DNA of 64,000 bases, taken from the NCBI GenBank assembly GCA_030141605.1, contig JAQGDQ010000546.1:81217-145216 (forward strand). Reading direction: 5' to 3'. The position numbers were made by a program, and so were the translations under genes. Position 1 is the first letter of the stretch, and each line of letters starts with the position of its first letter. This DNA comes from Tubiluchus corallicola. Lineage: Eukaryota; Animalia; Priapulida. The notes beneath the pieces were generated by a model. The model was not told where the DNA came from and searched no databases. It saw nothing but the letters and a program-made list of their open reading frames with translations. This document shows positions 31,101 through 40,919 of the stretch, piece by piece.

Positions 31101-34100
31101 ATTTGACTGGTTTGTTGTTGTCACTTAACCTTCAGTGGCTGTTGGCATTTAGGATGATTTGTATAAATAATAGCTTTTATGAACAAATATGCAAAAACAG
31201 ACATTTTTATGGAACTTTATACTGCTTGTCAAACACTTATCATAATATTATGTTGAGACTTTTTAATTTTCCTGTACTTATAGATGATTTTGGCAATCTT
31301 GGTGGCTTGGTTATTTTGTGGGATTCTAACCTGGACCAGTGTCCTTCCAACGAACTCAGGTGCTTATGGGTATTATATACGGACAGATATTTATACTGAC
31401 CGTGTCCAGAAAGCAGGCTGGATTTACCTCCCTTATCCAGGTAAATGTAGCGACTGGATCACAGGGTTTTTGGATTCCGGGGATAAAGACATTTAAAATG
31501 AGGTACCATAAAAAGAATGTTGTCCATTGTTTAACCACCACCAATGTGATACTCCCATTTTCCAGAATTATATTTATTGTTGAATAAGTTTTTTTGTTGT
31601 GTTTTGCAAAATAAATTGAAAACATGCTTTGAAAATCAGAATTAAAAACTGTTTTTAATTCAGGTCAGTTAGGTTGTAGGTGAGTGAAGACATCCCACTT
31701 CGCACAAATGACATGAGTTCGATACTCTCTGGGCATTATATATATATCACTTATAAACTTGGTTGTTCACCTCTTGGAGGAAGTTTGTATGCAGTGGCAC
31801 AGGAGCCACTGGGGCAGAGGGGCTGCAGCCCCTTGCCCTGTTTCAAGGGGGCAGTGCGGGAGCAAAACTTTGCCTTTTTGATGGAAAAATGGTGGTTATC
31901 CATGATTGCCCCAAACGTTTACGGGAACATTTATTTTAAAAGAAATATGTGATAGGCAGAAGGCATTTGGGGTGCCTTAGATATACCCTTATATATAAAC
32001 CATGTTGTTTTTAGCGTGGCCACAGAAATATGGGTAAACAAAATGTGCCCTTTTCATAAATTCTGCCTCCTGTCATTTGCTGCTGGCACCCCTGTATTAT
32101 GTATGTACAGCTGAACATGACTAAGGCACTTCTGCTGGTTCAGTGACTCATCTTAGGGTGTTATTTTGATAATGAGCTAGTATCCGGTGATGCCACAAAC
32201 ATCTCATTGTTGGTGGTGAGCAAGTGCAGAATTCTCGAGTGCTTATCAAAATAAACTCTTGTGGCTTAAGCAGAATCATAGCATATGTACCTTCGAGAGC
32301 AAAATCCTAGCTAATTAAAATGGAATTGTCACTTAGTGAATGCTCAGATTAGCTTAAAGAAGTTTTAGAATACGTGACATTCATTAGCCTGAGAAGCCTG
32401 AAATAAGTCTAATTTCACTAATGTAGATACATTTCTGTATATGTCAACTCTCTGAAAAACGTTTATGTTTTCACCCAATTGTGTATGTGATGTTTGTGCT
32501 TTTGTGTATTTTTCAGGTAAATATGGACGCCCAACAATCAGTGTTGCTGGTTTCACTCTTGGCATCATGACGTTTATATGCGTTATAGTGAAAGACATTG
32601 GTGATTATAATGCATTAGCTCAGATAACCAGAATACCTCAACCACCTAGCCATGCTGTTAATAGAGGTATAATATAATAGATTACTACATAGAGTATGTC
32701 ACAGTTTGAAGTGACAGTTTTGCAGTAACAACTTTATGTTTGTTGCTCTGCGATACCATTACATTGAAAAAAGTGGAACTTGTACTAAAATGATCAAATT
32801 TATTTAGCAACCTAAACTAGTATTGCGGTTACTACTGAAGAGATCGTTGCATTTTATTAACACTGCTGACTTGCAAACATCTTGTAAATGCTTAAAGATC
32901 TCTTCTGACAAAAACTTTTTTAAATCTTCTCTACTTTTATAGTGTGTGAAATGAATTTAAAAAATAATGAAACTTGCTGTAAATTGTAAAATTAACATGA
33001 AGTGAATTTATATGTTTTCCTCTGTGTCAATGCTTCAGTGTTTTCTGTAATGCTGGTGTAAATCTTTAGAATTATTTTGTTTTTGTTTATTTTATTTGTA
33101 AGAATTTATGCATACATAGTGAACAGCTAACATTTTATAATACGTGTAATTTTTTATTAAAAGCATTATATCAGCTACAAACTCCTAGTAGTTGAAATGT
33201 TACTTATCATCACAATTAATTCTTTTTTGCGTGATATTAAGCATTTTGCTTTTATTAAGAGTTTGATGACTTTAGTCTGTGTGTTTTAAGCAAGCAGTTT
33301 ATTTTAATAATATAGCAATGTAACTTTTGTTGTCACAGCTTTCCCTTTAATTTAGAAATCTGTAAAATTATCTATTTCTAAGTCATGGTTAACAATTGCA
33401 AAGCTGAATTTTGAATTTTAATTTGCAGTATTATATTTTGTAGGTGTGTTTGTCCAGGGAATCAGTGTTGTCTTGGGTGTGGCATGCGGCTCTCCAATTC
33501 CCTCAATACCATATGGTCAGAACCATGGTTTAATCAGCCTAACCAAAGTGTGCAGCCGAAGAGTCATGTACTGCACAGGCATCATTTTACTAGTCTTCTG
33601 TTTGCTGTCCAAAATTGCAGCTGTGCTGACATGTCTACCTGATCCAGTGATAGGTGGGTGTGCAGTTTGTGACATATCAGTGTGAACATGCCTTATTTGT
33701 TCAGCAGTGCAGTAATAACCTTTTATGGCAATTTCTCCGGCCAACGAAGAAACTCAAGACAATGCAAATAGTCTAGAGGTTTAATTTGTGTTATTAGCTT
33801 CTTAGATAGCAATAGGAGAAATCTTGACAGCAACTAGTAAACCAGGCAGATCGTTTTCATATCAGCAATGCCAGAACTATCTTATTGCAAGCAGTTTGCA
33901 CTGCTGAGATTGTTGTTGCTTTAGTATGTCATCAAAACTTTTAAAAGTAATAGTTCATTCAACAAAAGGTGGAGCGTCGATACTTGTTTGTATTTTTATT
34001 CAAAACTGCCTTATTAACTTATATTGTACATTAGTAATTGTCAAGCTTATCAGTTAGTTCAGCAGAGTAATGCATAAAATAATCAGGATTGCTCATTTTG

Positions 34101-36164
34101 GTTAAAATTTTGTACAATGGTATAGAGTCCATCAAACTGATTAATTTTGGATATGAAAATCATCCAATATGGCCATTCTCATGACCGCCAAATTGGTTTT
34201 AGCATATTACATAGGTCATGCCTTAGCTGTCAAAGCAGCTAAGATGACAGTACTGTTGTCTAAATATAGGTTTTCAAGGTCAAGCAATCCACGTCTGATG
34301 CTTAAACCACGACATACCTCATTTAGGGTCTAAAAACGGATGCCGAGATGAGCAATTATCCAAAACTAATCATATTGAATGGATTAGCCTTCTGCAAAGG
34401 TTTACAACTTTTAGGCAAAATGAGCAATTTTTTCATCATTTTGCAGAAGTAAATTATAAAAATTTGGCTATAATGGTTTGGGTTTTGAACAATTTTTATT
34501 TTGAAGGTTATGAAAGTTGTTGAAAGCAGCCAAAAGTATTTATTCTAATTTGCTTTAGAGGAATAGTCTGTATTTTTCATGTATTTGCACAGCCCCATTT
34601 TGTGTGCTAGACTATAGGAGTGATTCACGATGCAATCCATCAGTTGTGAACTACTAGAAAGCAGCAACTTTCTTTTTATAGCATATTCTTTCATAATTTG
34701 CAATTTTTACTCTAGGTGGAGTGATGCTCATTAGTATGGCTATTGTTATATCTGTCGGCTTGCTCAATTTAAAAAGACTGGAGTTGCAATCTGGCCGTAA
34801 TCAGTTTGTTTTAGGCTTTGCTCTGTTGCTACCTCTGTGTACCTCGTCGTGGTTACGTGAAAATCCAAATGCTATAAATACAGGTCAGTAACTGTACTGG
34901 GAAACGAGCAAACAAACTCCGTCTAGATCAGATTTTTGGGCAAGAGAATTTCTTGAAGTGCAAACAAATATTTTCCATATGCAAGACGTGTTGTGGTTCA
35001 GCCACATAAATTATTAAATCAAGTTTGCTAAAATGAAGTATTTATTATTTTACTTTTGGATTGTAAAATTCATAAGAAATATTTTGTCACCTAGCTTGGC
35101 AATTTCGCAGCCTGAAAAATTGTGAAAAGCTCTTGTGTTTTCCTTTGTTTCATTTCACAGCTGCGAGTTCATTTTTGGCATTGCCATAATTATTAAGAAT
35201 TGTGTGTAAGCTGAAAGCTTATTGGTTTAGTTATAAGTTGACTTACCAGAGGTATCATTTATTGGTGAGTAATTTTTTCTACAGGCACGTGTTGTAACAA
35301 ATTGATGTTAGAAGGTATTAAAAGCAGATTTGGTGATCGCTTTTGAGGCAAACTCACGTTTTTCGACATTTTGTTTTTATTATTGAGTTTAATAAAAAGT
35401 GAAGAAATTCAAAATAAAAAGAAAACTAGAGTTCAAATTGATGATATTTCTGCTTGGAATCATGTCGACGTACTGCATCTTCACTTTTGACAGTTGTGGT
35501 CTAGCCTCACGTTTTCAAGTGTTTGAAACTGTTTTGAAAAATCTTAGCTAATTGTTTCACCTATAATGTTACCTGACTACACAGAAAGCAAAACATCATA
35601 TCAGACCCCTGACTCTGTTAGTCTAGCTGAAATATATAAATCATTCTTTAAGATTTTGTTACACTAAGAAATGAGGGAGATTTGAGTTTTTTCTAATGCA
35701 TCCCAAAAAGAAGACCAAGCCTGTTTTATTTACAACTAGTAATCACGTGCTTGGCAATAGGTTTCGAGAGTATATTCGATTAATGTAATTAGAATACATT
35801 CTGGTTTATGTACTAATTTGTGTACTTAATTATTTGTATCAATCTGAAATGTTTTCTTGAAATTGACCTCTTCACAGGTGTTCCTGAAATAGACAATATT
35901 ATCAGCATCATTCTCAGCACGCCGATGTTTCTTGGTGCCATAGTAGGATGCTTCTTAGACAATATTCTACCTGCCACTCCTGAAGAACGAGGTCTTGTGC
36001 ACCAGAATTATAGCAGCTCTAAGAATGAACGTGAATGCGACGTTTATTCGTTTTCGTTTACGCACAAGTTAAGATCCATGAATTACAGGTGGTTACGGAA
36101 AGTTCCTGTTTCCTCACTGTTTCAGCATGAGTTTGATGACGACATTAGCTTGACCTCATTTTAG
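25103..36164 (+). CDS. SLC23/NAT (NCS2) nucleobase-ascorbate transporter family member, 12 exons
   Basis: Exons 25103-25131 (tentative), 25388-25499, 26629-26780, 28074-28174, 28821-28921, 29850-30031, 30875-30995, 31284-31440, 32517-32666, 33444-33653, 34716-34883, 35878-36164. Motifs: TM1 GLQH, FVGPLTVVPMISLLGL, PPSHAVNRG, NAT signature QNHGLISLTK, LPDPVIGG, FLDNILPATPEERGL. Confidence 0.92.
25746..26162. mobile_element. Tc1/mariner-like MITE in SLC23 intron 2
   Basis: Left end TA|caggatatactaaaagaaacagtg; reverse complement of right end TA|caggttgttccaaaagaaatggtg. Imperfect ~24 bp TIRs flanked by TA. Confidence 0.55.
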
Positions 36165-37679
36165 ACTGTGGCTGTTTATGTTACAACATTAAGACAGGTA
36201 AATGAAGTTTACATTTGTGATACATTAGATGTCTTGCTCACTGAGACTGATTGGTACTATGATTGGAGTATATATGGGAATTTCGCCATCATCGTTATTG
36301 TGTATGTGATACAATTATTTTTAATGATTCAGTGACTCAGGAAACATGACAGTATTGGATATTACAGCTTTGTCGCTCTATGACGACATGAGAGATATAT
36401 CTGCTGCAAGCCAGCAGGTTATAATAATAAATAATAATGTCGTTGTTTAATGAGTAGTAATGAAAAAGCCGTTTAAGAAATGCTTGTCTTGGATTCACTC
36501 ACCTGTGTTATCACTTTAAACTTATTATAGGGTGGATTTTCAAAATTTAATATTGAAACATGTGAAAATCTATATATTATCTTTGTGAAAGACAAACTTG
36601 TAAATAGTAGTGTGATCAGTATATTGAAATAATAGTTAGGGACTTAGAGTTTAATGTGGGTAATGTAGACAACGTCTTTTACAAAAACATAATTACAATT
36701 ATAAAACGTAAGTAATTTAATGCCTGGGTTTTGTTGTTAGTTTTGAAAATAATTTCCTGATTGATCGAATTTTGACCTACATTGTGCATGTTCACTGCTT
36801 TTGCCTTTTTTCAATATGTTCTTATGATTTAGATAAGAATGTGGACGAAAGTGAATGAGTCTTTCAAATGTTAGCTGGGCTATTGTTATGTGATAGCCGC
36901 TTGAAACTTGCTTTAAGTGCCAAAAAGGCACTGCTGATGCTTATACAGTATGGTAGCTGTATTTTCCGCTGCAGCAATTGTAAAATAGTTTCCTTTGTCA
37001 ATCATATTTGTGGTCGTTTTTTGTCTTATTATTTTTATGTTTATAATTGTGTATTTTGTGTCATGCCATCATGCAGCGTCTTCTGTAGAAAATTATCGAA
37101 AATCTGTGGGATCGCATATTTTTCTTATGTTACCATTTGAAGTACCAAGTAAATTATTCTTTTTCATACGTCTTTTTGAAAAATTAAGTCACTGACTGAC
37201 TGACTGACTGACTGACTGGCTGAACGAGAATGGCTATAGTTGTTACCTAATTGATGAAATTATTTTTTGATTTGTCTGGTTAACAGTATAAATTAGAAAC
37301 TAGATAATAACTGCTTGCCAGCAGAGCAAATATTGCATATCCAGCATGTCTTGTTAATACAATTAATGTGCAAGTTATATTGGCTCTACTTTTTATTAAA
37401 CTGAGCAAAACACAATTTTATGCAATTTTGTTATAATTGTTTTTACTATAAGCTCGTCATGCATTAATAATAATAATAATAATCAACAACAACACAACAA
37501 CAACAACAACAACAACATCCTGACAATCGTCAGTGTAGACGAAATATAAAAGGTAAAATCCTATGAATCAGTGCAACTGTCTGTGATGTGTTAAGTTACC
37601 AATGGCACCACTTCGAAAATGATTAGGATCTTTATTTTTGACCTTTAACATGTGACAAGTTTTGCAATATCAAGTCTTA

Positions 37680-38388
37680 AGGCCCGTTTTGACTACCGTT
37701 TTTCTTGCTGCTTTTAACGTGTTAATGTGAAAATTAACATCGCTCTCTATATCGCTCCAGTGTTTTCACTAGCAGCTTTCTCGCTGCGATTATCGCTACC
37801 TTTTTTATGGTCCGTGAAAACAGACACCACTGCATGATAGCTGCGTGTACGGTTGTACAAGTACACCATATACTTGCTTCTTAATTCATTGATAGATAAT
37901 ACATTGCCTACAATTATGTATGTTATTATTATTATTTTCCCACTCACACGCCTTGTTTTTCTTGGCATGTTGAATCAACAATCTGCAGTGAACTTCAGTT
38001 CACACTCATCTTCGCATCAAAAGCAAGTCATCAATACGTCATGCAATGGCACTTGTACTAGCTAGATTAAAGCAGTGACGTTATTTACTAGCCTACACCG
38101 TAATGAGTACAGGATTGTTTGATGGCTTGCGCATTACGCAACATGCACAAAAATGCTGCTATATAGCCATTTTCGCGGGCGTTTTTGTGGCGTAACATGC
38201 AAGAGCTTTTTTCTCGATCCGATTAACGTTTCCACGGGTTTTTTGTCGCTCCAGCATGGAGATGCCAAGAAAAAAGCGTTTTCTCGCCAGGCTGCCTGTG
38301 TTTTTTGCAAGAGCTTTTCTTCCTTGATCGATAAACGTTTTGCAACGATTTTGCCAACAGCGAGAAAAACGTTAGTCAAAACGGGCCT
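37680..38388. mobile_element. PIF/Harbinger (Tourist-like) non-autonomous element
   Basis: Perfect 16-bp TIR aggcccgttttgacta (37680-37695 and 38373-38388) flanked by TTA on both sides (37677-37679, 38389-38391). Confidence 0.8.
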
Positions 38389-40919
38389 TTAGGCTAAGTA
38401 TTCTTTGTCTATATTGAACTAAACATCACTGACCAGAAAAATCAAGCTGTGATGTAAAATTGAGTCTAATTAGTAGGTGATCTCCGCTTAAACTTAATTA
38501 ACGTTGCAGTTAGTTTTACCTTGATCTAATTAAGGTGCCGGAAATGATGCTGGGCATTTTTGTCTTTGAGAACCTGTCAAGGTTACATGCCAAAAAAGCG
38601 CAAAATGGTTTTGATAGAGGTTAACTAATGAACTGTATCAACTGACACACTATAATATCTGTAGTGCTGCTTGTTTCATTGAATGTGACAATTTGTATTG
38701 AGACATAGATCAGACGGCCTGTTTTTCTACCTATCTGCCTTTGTCTGTCCACCCAACCATCCCTCCATCTATCTGTCCAGTAGTTAATAGAAGTAGCTAG
38801 GATCTCACTCAAAATATCAGCTGTCAAATCTTGTTGGTTCTAAAAATCTTACTGGTTCTAGCAGAATCACCGCAGTAATAAGGTTTTGGCGGTTTCGGGA
38901 ACTGCTACTAATTTCACTGTAAATTCACGGTGTGAAATAAAGTAAAGCAAGTTGTAGTAACGTAATTTACAAGAGATTCAGCCACACTGGAAGTAAATTA
39001 AGTACATGTAGTTGCTATGCAAATTTAATAAATGAAGATGAAGAAAGTAAAACTTCCGAGTACTAATAATCAGTGGACTCGTGCTATTAAAAATACATTA
39101 ATCGTTTAAGTCACCTAATGTATAAAACTTAAATGTAGCAAATACAAAGGGAAGCTTATTTAGACAACTTTTAAACGAGTTAAGAAAGTCTCCATTTCAA
39201 ATGCAGACTGCCAAAAATGTGCTTAAGACAAGTAAACACAGCCAGTAAAAACTAGACTCTGCTATGAGTGCTTGAGTGATTTGATGTACAATGTATATAT
39301 ATATAATACAACTGCCTAACTAATTGTGCTGCGTTACGTTTCAGGCGGGATGACATGTACTGATAGCTAATTAGTTTTTTTAGTTCTTGTATGTCTTAGT
39401 TTCCTGAACAGACTGTGGATGAACCTGAATTTGAACATAAACTATACTATTACATAGAGTCATAGACCGATGGTTCACTCCCTGGTACACGCCTCCGTGC
39501 TGAAGTACTTGGCCGTAATAATAATTCGTGCTGTATATGATCTGCAACAGTCATGATACAGTTTACAAAAGATGCAAGCAAAGCATTCATAAAGCGAAGA
39601 CGGCTTCTGGTCATAGTAATCACCAGTATAATAGCTCTAAACAATGGCTTCGTCTTCCCAACGAACATCCTCTTCCGCAAGCGCTCAAATTACACGTTTT
39701 CGTTATTAACTTGGTAATTCCTGCTGGAGGCTATTAACAATGTGCGCTGAGCGTATATTACGCAATACTATGCGGTATAGAATGCTTTTTGTCCAAGTAC
39801 AGACTTTGTGGAGACAGCTGTATGATCTTAATAATGACATTTGAACGTCGTCAACACTTGCTGTTTTCTAAAGCAAAGTCAAGAAATATTTAGAAACGTT
39901 GTCTTATTAATGTGTGTGTAAATAGGTATTTTATTTTTTGGCACGAACGAAGTTCAATGTTGCTGTAAGTCCCAATTAGGCCTTTATTTATTGTCTTAAT
40001 TTGTGGTTGTTATAATTTTTAGCCGATTGAATGTCCCTTGTGGACTATTGTTTCTTATATGTAAGGAAATCGACGTAAAATAAACTTACTCAAAAGACTT
40101 AAACATAAAGTGTAAGATAAACAAAAAATTATATAAAACAATTGCAAATCTACATAAGCAACAGAGATCTTTTAATCAATATATTTCATGTCTTTGTTCA
40201 ATGGTAAATTTCAGCCTTGGTCGACTGTATGGTAGCATACCGCAAAGACTGGCACTGAGCTGTTGTTGCTGTTCGTCGCCGTTGCCGTCATCGTCGTGTT
40301 GTTGTTGTTGTTGTTGTTTATTAACCTTGATCAAGCACTTCAAGGAATACTAGGTACTGTTACAAAAATATGTACAAAAACTTACAAGATCTTTGAAGAT
40401 CTATGGAATTTTTTATCGGTATACTAATACTTCCTGCATGTCAATTAAAGACTATATTAACCACATTAACCTATAATAATTTGGAGTTTAATTATACTTA
40501 AAACAAGTTACTAGAGTTCAATATGAAATTTTTTGCTGTTGATAAAATGAAATCCCTTCTACACCCTTACGGCACACTCATTATGACGCATTTTCTTTCC
40601 CATACGCATCAGTGTCAGAAAAGAAAGCAAAGTTTGTTCTAATCTTACGTCTCTTTGGTCTACTTTTAGACAGACTTAGTCAAACATTGATAGACATCAG
40701 AAGATTGTGAATCGATAACTTTTACCACCTGTGCTTTAAGGTGTTCCACTTCACATATAAGCGGCTTCTATCTAACCATCATAAACCAAAAAACTCTCAC
40801 GACATGGTTTTGTATCAGAAGCTTTTACCTAACCTGGTTGTGCAATGTACATCAAAAGTTTTCACCACACATTGTTGAATGTCAGTAGCTTCTACTTTTC
40901 ATTGTTGCGCATTATTAGT

